A stretch of 64,000 nucleotides of DNA from an uncultured virus (IMG/VR IMGVR_UViG_3300045996_000435) (Duplodnaviria; Heunggongvirae; Uroviricota; Caudoviricetes). The position numbers and the translations under genes were made by a program. Position 1 is the first letter of the stretch, and each line of letters opens with the position of its first letter. The notes under the pieces are model-generated. The model was not told the origin of the DNA. It made no database searches and saw nothing but the letters and a program-made list of their open reading frames with translations. Shown here piece by piece: positions 18,796-28,537 of this stretch. The DNA is taken from IMG/VR virus record IMGVR_UViG_3300045996_000435; one strand, given 5' to 3'.

Positions 18796-19935
18796 ATGGC
18801 AACATTTCCTCATTCTTTTCGTAAAGTACTTATAGGTAAAGATGCTGGTGGTAGCATAGCAGATATCGTAGTATCAGGTACTACTGCTGATCTTACTGCT
18901 AATCAGATTGGTCTTTTCGATGCAAAGACTTATCAAGCTCTTCCTGTAGGTTCAACTTTTACAACTAACCGTGAAGTGATCCTTGCACAAGGTTCTTCAC
19001 ACACTGTACACACTTTGGCTCTTGGTCATGGTGGTTACAAAGATTCTATTAAAACTCGCCCAATCGAAGGTAAATACATTACTTCGTTTAGGAAGGTATC
19101 TCCAGTTACTGCAGTTCAACAAATCGTAGCTATCGGTTATGATGGTGTAGATGCAGGTAAAGATATCATTGTTGAGTGTGGTAAAATTTATACGCTTAGA
19201 CTTACCATTAAAGGAAGTCCAGCTGACAGGTTTATCCAGCATAATCTTTATCATGACTTTATTGTAGCTGCTCCTGCTTGCGATGCATGTGCTGAAAATC
19301 CTTGCGATACTTCAGTTTCTGCAGCTGATAAAGAAGCTATGGTTGATGATTTGGTACTTCAGATCAACTCACATCCTTACATTAAAGATTTTGTTCTTGC
19401 TGAGAAACTTGATGGTACTACTGTATTCGGTATTAAACTTACTGGTGCGTATGTAGATACTACCTTTGGTAATTGTTCTTTTGAGCCTATGGATCATGTA
19501 GAACTTGACTTGGTAACTATTGAACCTACTATCGTAGTTAACGACCCAATGAAAGCTACAATAGATGATATCGAATTCGAAGCTTGGGAAGTAACTGAAC
19601 TTCAAGCTAAGGTGTATCCTAGTGGTCTTGGTGAAAATGTTCTTCGTGAATTGATCACATTCTTGGGTTACAAGAAAGAAGATTACTTCTGTGATCCTCG
19701 TATGAGAACTACTCAAAACCTTGATCCAGTACTGGAAGCAGTAGACAGAACAGCTAAATATAAGATTTATTATCTTACATATAATGTTCCTTATTACAGT
19801 AATAAGACTAATCTGTATAATAATGAAGAATACGAAATAATGGTAGCATTTAAATCTGATTTGGATACTACTGTTTTTGAGAACTTGATTAATCAGTACA
19901 TTGAATCTAATGGTATTTTACTTACCGGCGTTTAA
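18796..19935 (+). CDS. Probable auxiliary capsid / abundant structural protein
   Basis: High-expression codon bias; beta-rich; followed by terminator; synteny. Confidence 0.55.
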   Translation: MATFPHSFRKVLIGKDAGGSIADIVVSGTTADLTANQIGLFDAKTYQALPVGSTFTTNREVILAQGSSHTVHTLALGHGGYKDSIKTRPIEGKYITSFRKVSPVTAVQQIVAIGYDGVDAGKDIIVECGKIYTLRLTIKGSPADRFIQHNLYHDFIVAAPACDACAENPCDTSVSAADKEAMVDDLVLQINSHPYIKDFVLAEKLDGTTVFGIKLTGAYVDTTFGNCSFEPMDHVELDLVTIEPTIVVNDPMKATIDDIEFEAWEVTELQAKVYPSGLGENVLRELITFLGYKKEDYFCDPRMRTTQNLDPVLEAVDRTAKYKIYYLTYNVPYYSNKTNLYNNEEYEIMVAFKSDLDTTVFENLINQYIESNGILLTGV

Positions 19936-19958
19936 TACATATTAATACTTTTTGGAAT

Positions 19959-19993
19959 AAAGGAGGCGAGGTACAAAACCTCCCTCCTTTTTT
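19959..19993 (+). terminator. Rho-independent terminator
   Basis: AAAGGAGG(C)GAGGT-ACAAA-ACCTCCCTCCTTT plus T tract. Confidence 0.8.
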
Positions 19994-20000
19994 ATTTATA

Positions 20001-20032
20001 CTTGGTATAATCATAAAAATTTCGTATATTAT
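20001..20032 (+). promoter_or_regulatory. Variant promoter
   Basis: CTTG-N20-TATATTAT; ATG at 20036. Confidence 0.6.
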
Positions 20033-20035
20033 ATT

Positions 20036-20578
20036 ATGACAACAGAACTAATTTTGGAGTTTCCAGAGACTAATAATACTAAAACTTTTAGAGTTTTAGA
20101 TTGTAGTGCATATAATCCAGATTTGGATGTAAAATGTGGCATATTGGAAATTACTCCTCCAGGATTTAATATAGCAGCTATATATGATGTTAAATCAGAA
20201 TTTGATCTTATAATTAATGCAGGTAATCTTGGATTAACTAAAAGACCAACTGCTAATACAATGCCTAATCTTCCAGATGGAGTTTATAAAATAAAGTATT
20301 CTATTAATCCAAATGATAAGATTTATGTAGAATATTATTACTTTAGGAATCAAATCCAAGTAAGAAGATATGCAGGTGAAATTTGTAATTTATTTCAAGA
20401 TAGATGTGATTTTTCTGATCCTGAATTTATAGAAAGAAGGAAACAACTTATATGGATTAAGGAACTTATGGATGCTGCAAAGTATACTGTAGAAGAGAAA
20501 AATGATATAAATGCTGGAATAAAATTTTATAATGAAGCTAATAAACTATTAAAGGCTTTAAACGGAGAAGAATGCTAA
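20036..20578 (+). CDS. Tail hub-like structural protein
   Basis: LPDGVYKIKYS beta-sandwich motif; synteny. Confidence 0.5.
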   Translation: MTTELILEFPETNNTKTFRVLDCSAYNPDLDVKCGILEITPPGFNIAAIYDVKSEFDLIINAGNLGLTKRPTANTMPNLPDGVYKIKYSINPNDKIYVEYYYFRNQIQVRRYAGEICNLFQDRCDFSDPEFIERRKQLIWIKELMDAAKYTVEEKNDINAGIKFYNEANKLLKALNGEEC

Positions 20579-21024
20579 AAACATTTAAAGGTGAAATATC
20601 ACCCTTTATTAAAAGAGTTTTTAACAAGTATGTTAAAGATGCATTTGGTGTTAATAATCCTGGGCTTGCTTATAATAGTGGAGAAATGGAAGAATTAAAA
20701 CTTTCTCTTGACTTAATAAAGAGTAAGTATAAGTGTGAAGTCTGTACTGATTTAATAGAAATAGATTATCTTCCAGAAGCTAGCAAAGCTAATATTGTTA
20801 ACGTATATAATATCTGCAGTGTGGGTAGTGGTGGAACATTTGTATTTAATCAAACTTTTGCATCAGCTACATGGACAATAACACATAATCTAAATTACTA
20901 TCCTAATATAAGAACTGAAGATCATATTGGCAATGATATTGAGGGTGTAGTAACATATTTAAGTGCAAATGAATTAACAATTACTTTTTCTACTGATTTT
21001 CAAGGTAAAGCATATTTATCATAA
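20572..21024 (+). CDS. Tail hub/fibre-base structural protein
   Basis: C-terminal ATWTITHNL.YYP..GKAYLS domain typical of phage fibre proteins. Confidence 0.55.
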   Translation: MLKTFKGEISPFIKRVFNKYVKDAFGVNNPGLAYNSGEMEELKLSLDLIKSKYKCEVCTDLIEIDYLPEASKANIVNVYNICSVGSGGTFVFNQTFASATWTITHNLNYYPNIRTEDHIGNDIEGVVTYLSANELTITFSTDFQGKAYLS

Positions 21025-24000
21025 TGGTTGGAAAAAAAATATTGGGGTATACTGTTGACCTCATTAACAATAAATTAGAACGATTTAGAGTACATCCTAT
21101 GAGCACTGCTGATAGGGTTGCTTATGGATTAACCCTCTCTACAACAGAAGAGGGTATATTTGTTTTTGATACTGATCATAAAACAACTTATTATTGGGAT
21201 GGTAACTTTTGGAATACCCATGAAGTTGCTTATTTAACAGGTGGGGCTGGGATGGTTAGAAGTGGGTATGAATTTAATATACAGACAGCTAGTACTGATC
21301 GAATTGTAATTAATACAGATAGTATTGACTTAGCTACAACTGCTGTTACAGCAGGCTCTTATGGGTCATCTACAGCTATTCCTACCTTCACTGTAGACAG
21401 CTACGGTCGTCTTACAGCAGCAGGTACAGTTTCTATAGATTTGTCACAGTATGTAACTAAGATTACTGAGCTGACTATCAATGGATTAACTCAAGACTTA
21501 TCTACAGATAGAACTTGGAGTGTAGACTTACAATCTGTATTAGATGAAGGGAACTCTGCAACACAAGATATTAATCTGAACGGAAGCTTTTATGCTAATT
21601 ATGTTGAATCTCATGGGGATGTATGGGTAGGTAAACCAGATGGAACTGCTGGCGGAGGTCTTTATCTTAATGATGGTTTAGTATCTTCAGCTCAGTTGAG
21701 AAGCGGTAATCTTACAGCAGATAGAGTATATCAAACTCCTGATGCAGATGGGGTACTTGCTCTATCTGTAAATGGGACTCTGGCAGATACTACTGGTAAC
21801 ATCACTATTACAGCAGGTGGACTAGGCGCGCCTACAGGTTCAGGTACACTCAACTACCTAGCAAGATGGACTCCTAATGGAACTACACTTGGTATAGGTG
21901 CAACAAGAGATGACGGTACTGATGTTGCGATTGGGGGAGCTATTAATTCTTCTTATAAACTTTATGTAGCAGGTAATGTATTAGCTTCTGATGTTCATGT
22001 TACTTATTTAAGAGTCACTGGCTCAGGAGACCCTTCTCTTGGTGGATACGGGGATAACGCTATAAGATTACAGGGCACAGTAGATTTAGGAAGAGATGCT
22101 CACGGTATAATGGATGTAAGAACCGTAAGAAGTTCTGCTGGCTACAATGTAGGGTATGCATCTTACGATGGAATAGCCCAACTGATTGACCTGAATGGGT
22201 ATAGTTATGACCATATCAGCACTTTCCAAGCTAGACCTACAATTTACACCACGGGTACAATCGGGAATGTATATGGCGGATTCTCTCAGCCAGAATTAAA
22301 AGATGTTACCGCTACTAATGTTATCGGATGGTATTCCGCAGAATACACCAATTATGTTGGGCCTTCTACTGTTACCAACAACTTTGGCTTCTATGCAGCA
22401 GGTACTTCTAAAGCTGTTAACAACTACGGCTTCTATGGTGGACTTTCTTCAGGTACAAATAGGTGGAATCTTTATATGGGAGGAACTGCTGCAAATTATC
22501 TTGCTGGTTCACTTTCTATAGGAACAACTTCCACTACTTATAAGCTTGATGTCAACACAAGGCTCGCTGTATTCGGTAGTGATAATGCGACTGATGGGAC
22601 ACGAACTAATGGGGTTGCAAAGTCTATGAGACTCGGAATGGTACACTATTCCACTGCTACACCTGTAATTGCTTTAATGGCTGATAGCACAGCAACTACC
22701 AGCGGAGTTTATATTGGCGGTGGCACTTCTCTTGGTTATGCAGTTACACAGGTGAGTTTCTATGCAGCAGCAAATAGTACTACAACAACAGGTACAGAAT
22801 ATGGTAGGCTCTTTGGAGCAACAGGCAACTGGTTCTTCGGCTCTACCCCTGTTGATGCAGGCTACCGTGTAGATATTAATGGTACGCTGAGAAATATCAA
22901 TAGTGCATTCTTCGCTACTACAAGTGGTGGGGTAAGCATCGGAGCAACCACAGCACCAACAGAAAAACTTCACATATTCTCTGCTACGTTGGCTAATGCA
23001 GGATTGAAGTTGACTTCTGGCGCAGAAAACGCTGCCATTCTTTATAGTGATGCTGACCAGAATTTGAAGATTATCAACTATGGTACATTTTCAGGAACGG
23101 ATGATAGCACCACTCAGATAAACTTCTATACGAATAACGATGTTACTACTCCAAAGATTACCATACAACGGAGAGGTACATTATGGACAAGAGCATCCAT
23201 CACCGCATCCTCAGCCATAGCAAGAGGCGTGTATGTAAACAATACCCTTGTAGCAGGGGCAAATAATGATGTACTGGTAGGGTTGGATATAAGCAACACT
23301 TTTACGGTTGGAGCATTCACTGGTGTAGGAAGACTGTCAATAAGGACAGCAGGATATATTCAGACCAACGCTGGTCTTGCAGTAGGTGCGACATCCTATA
23401 GTACATCAACAGGGTTCCCAACGAATGGCTTCCAGTTAACGAATGATGGAACCTTTGGACAATTCAATATAGGGTCTGGTTCGGGCTTCGGTTATAAATT
23501 TAGCACTAACAACGGAACAGAGAGATTCAGGATTACCGATGCCAATGTAATGGTACTTAACACCAACATGCTCGTTGGCACTACCACAGACGCAGGATAC
23601 AAATTCGATGTAGCAGGTACGGGTAGGTTTACTTCTGACCTGTATGCAAATACAAGAATATCACTTGCAGGTACTTCATTATTGACATGGGGAAGCGGGT
23701 GGCATTCTATGCAGGGAGTGAGTTGTTTAACCTCATTGATACTAAGTAATTCATCTGGAATAGGTAGCCATCTCACCACAAATGGGTATTACAATGGAAC
23801 GGCATGGAAGTATGTTTCTACGGCAGGTGCAAGTAATATATATCTTGGAGATGGTACAGTTACAGGTGCTATGGTGTTCAGGGTCGCAGCTTCTGGCGCA
23901 GCAGGAAATGATATTACATGGACGAATGCTTTGGTATTGTCAACAACAGGTGCAGCAACATTCGCATCATATTCTTTTATGAACTCAGCAGGAGTATCAC

Positions 24001-27000
24001 AGATACTTTTAAACTCACTGGGTTCTAATTATGGAACAATACAAAACAACTCAAACGGCTCTTGGTCGTTAGGTTATTCCCCAACTCTTTCCTCAGCACT
24101 TGGCACACCAGTAATAACATGGACTTCAGGTGGAACAGTTGCGGTTGCGGGAACATTCTCAGCCACATCTCTTACTGCTACTGGATTAACAGCAGGGAGA
24201 ATACCTTATGTAGGCACTGGGGGATTGTTACAGGATAACTCTACTCTTACTTACGATACTGCAACTTGGCATCTTGTTACTGTTAAAGCCCCATCTACAG
24301 GACAAGCAGGTGGACTTGTAGCTTATGATTCTACAAGTACTAACTATGCTTATTTCATGGTGAGAGGAACATCAGCATCAAATGTTTTTGGTGATAGCGG
24401 CCCTGCTGAAATAAATACAAATAGGGTTCTCGGTATAGTTACTACTAATGATATTAAAATAGGCTCAGGCACAGGGTCAAGTTTGAAGTTCTTGTTTACC
24501 ATGACCTCTGGCAGCTTTACTGCCAATGATTTAGTAAATGCTGCAAGGTTTGCTAATACCACAGGCAATAATACATTCAATTTAACGTCAGGCAATACGT
24601 TGATAGGTACATCAACAGACAACGGCGCAAAGCTACAAGTAGTAGGTACTACATGGATTAATGGTGTACTTCAAATAGGTGATGCACTTGGCTTCAGGGG
24701 ACATATCATGGCTGATGGTCAGTATCAACACAGCTACCATCTTGGTGGTAGCTTAGGTATTCATTCATTTGGCTTTGGAGCTAACCCTGCGACAGCGGCT
24801 AATAGATTATTTTCCATTTATCAGGATGCTGTTGCCACGTCGGGCACCATCAATTCCTTTGATTTTACAAAGACATTTGCATTAGCATCTGGTACTGCTA
24901 CTTGGAATTACCTCAATGTAAAACCTACATTAAATTTTACAGGAACATACGTTGGCACGTTCAGAGGGGTTTATTATAATCCAACACTTACTTCAACGAC
25001 AGGTGTAACTCACTACGCATGGGAAAGTACCGCAGGGGCTTTTAAAATAACAGATAGCCAGGCATCTACTGTGACTACATTTAATGTTACAGGTACAAGG
25101 ACAATTACAGCCGTAGGCATGATGGGGACGTGGGCTGCTATCAACCCTGCAATTACGGACAACAACGCCTCAAATAATACCGCTTATTCATATTTCAGTG
25201 TAGGTGGAACTGTTTCACATTCTGTAGGGTTGTCGGGTAGCAACTTCCTAGCATTGTTCTCCCCTGCATTCACATCATCAGGGGGCAACAATGACATTTC
25301 CAATATGAACTTCGTCACTATTTCACCCTCATTTACCAATCAAAGACATATTGGTAGCGGTGGTGGAGTTAGGGGTCTCTACATCGCTCCATCATTTTCT
25401 GGAATAACAGGCACTAATGGATGGAGAGCTATTGAGACAACCGTAGGTACTGTCATCTTTAACTCTACATCTGGTAATACGCTGATAGGAACCACAACAG
25501 ATGCAGGACAGAAGTTGCAGGTAAATGGGGATTCATTACTTAGTGGTACACTCAATGTAACAGGTAAGACTTCTCATGGTATATCTGGATTTGGAGCAGC
25601 TAGTAAGAATTATTGGTATAATGATAATGTGGCCACTCCATTTACATATCAGAATGAATATGTAATGCTGAATAACGGTGGATCAACTCCTACATTAAAC
25701 AATCTATACCAAGTGAATAATAGCTCAGGTTCACATGGGGCAGTGCAGTTTACATTCATGCTTCAGGGAGTAAATGCTACACCATCACTAATTAATGGTG
25801 GATATATTCGTATGGCATTTACGGATAGCGGTACAGGAACTATGGGTTTCGCTTTCGCTAATAGGACTAATAATTCAACAGCGGAAAGAATGTCGTTAAG
25901 TGGTAGCACATTTACTATCGGAGCTACGGGCGAAGCACTGCAATCTACTATCCAAATGAACTATCAAAGTTCAAGTATGTCAGCTGAGCAAACATTCGGT
26001 GTAGTACGTACGGGAAATAGTGGATGGTCTGGTCAGAATCTAGCATTTAAAGCTGGAGCAGCATTTTTAAATGGAACAAATGTAAACGGTGGATCAGCTA
26101 GAATATACGGTGGCGTCGCTACAGGATCAGGATCATCTAACGTAGAGATATTCACTCATGGTGGGGGTTCATCAGGTACAACTGATACTACAGCTTATCA
26201 ACTTGTAACATTTAAAGGTACTGATAAGAGTATTATATACCATGCTACAAGTTATGATCTTACTATTGGTATGATAACATCACCTGTTTCAGGTATAAGA
26301 ATAAGTCATAATAGTGCAAGTAGATGGCTTTCTTTTGGTGTAAATAGTTCTGATAACTTAGCTATTAGTAATACTGGTAAAGTATTAGTTAATAGCACTA
26401 CTGACAGTGGTGAGAATTTTCAGGTCTCTGGTACTTCAAAGTTCACTGATACCATGACGTTGTTTGCAGGTGCATCCAATAAGAGACTAATAGTATCTGG
26501 CTCAGGAACTCAAGGCGGTATTTACAGCGACAATAGTTCTGGTCTCAGGATTTCAGGATATGGTTCAGGTGCTACAGCAAACACTGTCAGTATTTATTTA
26601 CTGGGCGCTGGTGATATAGGCGGTGGAGCATGGAGTCCAACTTCAGGTACTACGTCTATAGTAATGGTTGGCAGCAACAGTTTCGGCAACCAGTGGGCGC
26701 CTTCATCTGGCACTGCTACTTACAACTTGATGACATTAGCTCCTGGTATTAATACTACTGGAACGTATGCGGGAACAGTAAGGGGTATTTATTATGCTCC
26801 AACCTTAACATCGTTAACAGGGACAACACACCGCTTTATTGAGAGTACGGCAGGAAGTGTTCAATTTATACAAGGTACAAATGAATTTTACTTTGCAGTG
26901 GGAAGTAATACATTCGTAGTAAACTCTACAGAACATTACTTCCAAGTAGCAGGTAATAACCAGATTGAAATTAGTGCTACTTCAATTTCTTTAAGAGAAA

Positions 27001-27176
27001 ATACATTTGTTCAAGGAGATTTAATGCCTTATACAGACAATTTATACTACTTAGGAGAAAATAGTATTACAACACCGCAGGCGTGGAAAGGAGTCTGTGT
27101 TAAAGACACAACTAATGGAAATTATTACAGAATAGAGGTAACTAATGGTGTAGTAACAGCAACACAAATAACTTAA
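21024..27176 (+). CDS. Long tail fibre / receptor-binding protein (2050 aa)
   Basis: G/T/S/N-rich; VTAGSYG..VDSYGRLTAA fibre motif; repeated IGTTTD.G.KLQV.G junctions. Confidence 0.85.
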   Translation: MVGKKILGYTVDLINNKLERFRVHPMSTADRVAYGLTLSTTEEGIFVFDTDHKTTYYWDGNFWNTHEVAYLTGGAGMVRSGYEFNIQTASTDRIVINTDSIDLATTAVTAGSYGSSTAIPTFTVDSYGRLTAAGTVSIDLSQYVTKITELTINGLTQDLSTDRTWSVDLQSVLDEGNSATQDINLNGSFYANYVESHGDVWVGKPDGTAGGGLYLNDGLVSSAQLRSGNLTADRVYQTPDADGVLALSVNGTLADTTGNITITAGGLGAPTGSGTLNYLARWTPNGTTLGIGATRDDGTDVAIGGAINSSYKLYVAGNVLASDVHVTYLRVTGSGDPSLGGYGDNAIRLQGTVDLGRDAHGIMDVRTVRSSAGYNVGYASYDGIAQLIDLNGYSYDHISTFQARPTIYTTGTIGNVYGGFSQPELKDVTATNVIGWYSAEYTNYVGPSTVTNNFGFYAAGTSKAVNNYGFYGGLSSGTNRWNLYMGGTAANYLAGSLSIGTTSTTYKLDVNTRLAVFGSDNATDGTRTNGVAKSMRLGMVHYSTATPVIALMADSTATTSGVYIGGGTSLGYAVTQVSFYAAANSTTTTGTEYGRLFGATGNWFFGSTPVDAGYRVDINGTLRNINSAFFATTSGGVSIGATTAPTEKLHIFSATLANAGLKLTSGAENAAILYSDADQNLKIINYGTFSGTDDSTTQINFYTNNDVTTPKITIQRRGTLWTRASITASSAIARGVYVNNTLVAGANNDVLVGLDISNTFTVGAFTGVGRLSIRTAGYIQTNAGLAVGATSYSTSTGFPTNGFQLTNDGTFGQFNIGSGSGFGYKFSTNNGTERFRITDANVMVLNTNMLVGTTTDAGYKFDVAGTGRFTSDLYANTRISLAGTSLLTWGSGWHSMQGVSCLTSLILSNSSGIGSHLTTNGYYNGTAWKYVSTAGASNIYLGDGTVTGAMVFRVAASGAAGNDITWTNALVLSTTGAATFASYSFMNSAGVSQILLNSLGSNYGTIQNNSNGSWSLGYSPTLSSALGTPVITWTSGGTVAVAGTFSATSLTATGLTAGRIPYVGTGGLLQDNSTLTYDTATWHLVTVKAPSTGQAGGLVAYDSTSTNYAYFMVRGTSASNVFGDSGPAEINTNRVLGIVTTNDIKIGSGTGSSLKFLFTMTSGSFTANDLVNAARFANTTGNNTFNLTSGNTLIGTSTDNGAKLQVVGTTWINGVLQIGDALGFRGHIMADGQYQHSYHLGGSLGIHSFGFGANPATAANRLFSIYQDAVATSGTINSFDFTKTFALASGTATWNYLNVKPTLNFTGTYVGTFRGVYYNPTLTSTTGVTHYAWESTAGAFKITDSQASTVTTFNVTGTRTITAVGMMGTWAAINPAITDNNASNNTAYSYFSVGGTVSHSVGLSGSNFLALFSPAFTSSGGNNDISNMNFVTISPSFTNQRHIGSGGGVRGLYIAPSFSGITGTNGWRAIETTVGTVIFNSTSGNTLIGTTTDAGQKLQVNGDSLLSGTLNVTGKTSHGISGFGAASKNYWYNDNVATPFTYQNEYVMLNNGGSTPTLNNLYQVNNSSGSHGAVQFTFMLQGVNATPSLINGGYIRMAFTDSGTGTMGFAFANRTNNSTAERMSLSGSTFTIGATGEALQSTIQMNYQSSSMSAEQTFGVVRTGNSGWSGQNLAFKAGAAFLNGTNVNGGSARIYGGVATGSGSSNVEIFTHGGGSSGTTDTTAYQLVTFKGTDKSIIYHATSYDLTIGMITSPVSGIRISHNSASRWLSFGVNSSDNLAISNTGKVLVNSTTDSGENFQVSGTSKFTDTMTLFAGASNKRLIVSGSGTQGGIYSDNSSGLRISGYGSGATANTVSIYLLGAGDIGGGAWSPTSGTTSIVMVGSNSFGNQWAPSSGTATYNLMTLAPGINTTGTYAGTVRGIYYAPTLTSLTGTTHRFIESTAGSVQFIQGTNEFYFAVGSNTFVVNSTEHYFQVAGNNQIEISATSISLRENTFVQGDLMPYTDNLYYLGENSITTPQAWKGVCVKDTTNGNYYRIEVTNGVVTATQIT

Positions 27177-27189
27177 AAACAATAAAAAA

Positions 27190-27483
27190 ATGGTATTTAA
27201 AATTCAACCGAAAGTAATGACAGCCGAAGAGCTGGAAGTAAAAGTAATAGGTCATACTGATACAGAAGTACAATTCTGGTGGGGCCTTAAAACAGTTCCT
27301 TCAGGTAAAGTAATTGACAGTGGCAATTGGTCACTTCCGAAATCATCTTTTCTTTTATTGGGTTCAATTGAACTAGATGCAGAAGGTTGTATTACAGATC
27401 CTAATTTAAAAGGTGCTGTAGGTCAAATTCTTTCAGATCCAGCTATTGATATAGTATTAGGTGATCCTACAATAGAAGAATAA
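27190..27483 (+). CDS. Possible tail fibre assembly protein
   Basis: Small ORF directly after fibre. Confidence 0.5.
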   Translation: MVFKIQPKVMTAEELEVKVIGHTDTEVQFWWGLKTVPSGKVIDSGNWSLPKSSFLLLGSIELDAEGCITDPNLKGAVGQILSDPAIDIVLGDPTIEE

Positions 27484-27484
27484 T

Positions 27485-27892
27485 ATGAAGTTATTATTAA
27501 GACTTTTTGGTAATTTAGCTCTATTTTTACTTTCTCAAGTAATGGGGCTTATTATGATTCCTTTAGGTATAATTTGGGGATTTGGAAAAGCTTTCTGGAA
27601 AAGACGTTGGAGAACAGGAGTTAAAATAATGGCTGATAAGTTTATTACAATAGCAGCTTCTTTTGATAAATATGGTGGAATCGTATGTGCAGAGTTCTTA
27701 AATGATACTATGATTACTAAAGATTCTGTTCATAAATTTGGAGATAAGGACAATTTTACTATTAGTAAAGATTATGGTTTAAATGATAAAGCTAATACTC
27801 TTACTAAATTTGGTAAATTCTGGGTGAAGGTTCTTAACAAATTAGACAGAAATCATACCAATAAAGCAGTAGAAGCAAAAAGTAAACTTTAA
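27485..27892 (+). CDS. Membrane-anchored hypothetical protein
   Basis: N-terminal hydrophobic helix. Confidence 0.6.
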   Translation: MKLLLRLFGNLALFLLSQVMGLIMIPLGIIWGFGKAFWKRRWRTGVKIMADKFITIAASFDKYGGIVCAEFLNDTMITKDSVHKFGDKDNFTISKDYGLNDKANTLTKFGKFWVKVLNKLDRNHTNKAVEAKSKL

Positions 27893-27931
27893 AAGTTAAT
27901 TTGTTTGTTATCTGAAAAATATTTATATTAT
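27885..27931 (+). promoter_or_regulatory. Palindrome plus variant promoter
   Basis: AACTTTAAAAGTT 27885-27897; TTTG-N20-TATATTAT. Confidence 0.65.
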
Positions 27932-27967
27932 AATGTATAATGTTCATTTAAACCAAAAAACCAAAAA

Positions 27968-28354
27968 ATGGAAACAGTTAAAGTAACTAATGGAGAGCTT
28001 CTGACTCTCATTCAAAATGATCTTCCTGAATTTCTTAAACAAGAAGCAGAGCCTAAAACTAGGTATTTGTTGATTGAATTAGCTAAAAAAGTTAATGCTT
28101 CTATTGAATCTTACACTAAAGTAAATGAAGAAGTAGTTAAGAAACATACACCTGAGGGCCAAAATGGCATTACTAGAGTTAAGGAAGGTACTAATGAATT
28201 TACTCCAGAATTTTTAGCTTATATTAAGGATATCGAACCTGTGTTACAGGAAGTAATTGAACTTGAAGTTAAGCTTATTCCAGAAGAATTACTTAAAGGT
28301 ATGAAGACTAAAGCTTCAGATGCCTTTTTTAAATTTGTAAAGTGGGAAGAGTAA
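27968..28354 (+). CDS. Hypothetical helical protein (possible assembly chaperone)
   Basis: ORF with doubled AAACCAA upstream. Confidence 0.65.
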   Translation: METVKVTNGELLTLIQNDLPEFLKQEAEPKTRYLLIELAKKVNASIESYTKVNEEVVKKHTPEGQNGITRVKEGTNEFTPEFLAYIKDIEPVLQEVIELEVKLIPEELLKGMKTKASDAFFKFVKWEE

Positions 28355-28357
28355 CCT

Positions 28358-28525
28358 ATGGCTACTTGTCCAAAATGTAAAGAAAGTAGGGGATGTGCCT
28401 GTAACTTTGTAGTGGTTGCAGGCTATTCCGTTCCTATATGCTCTGTCTGTAAATATAGACTAGAACAGGAAGCTAGAGCTGCAGCCCAAGAAGCTAAAGA
28501 AAAAGCTAAAAATAAAGAAAATTAA
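28358..28525 (+). CDS. 55-aa Cys-rich protein (not in track)
   Basis: MATCPKC..GCAC..CSVC. Confidence 0.6.
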   Translation: MATCPKCKESRGCACNFVVVAGYSVPICSVCKYRLEQEARAAAQEAKEKAKNKEN

Positions 28526-28537
28526 AACTAATTACGA

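Noticed and set aside
21024..27176. Diversity-generating retroelement or invertible shufflon acting on the fibre
   Set aside because: No reverse transcriptase or recombinase in the window; repeats are diverged at all bases and in direct orientation
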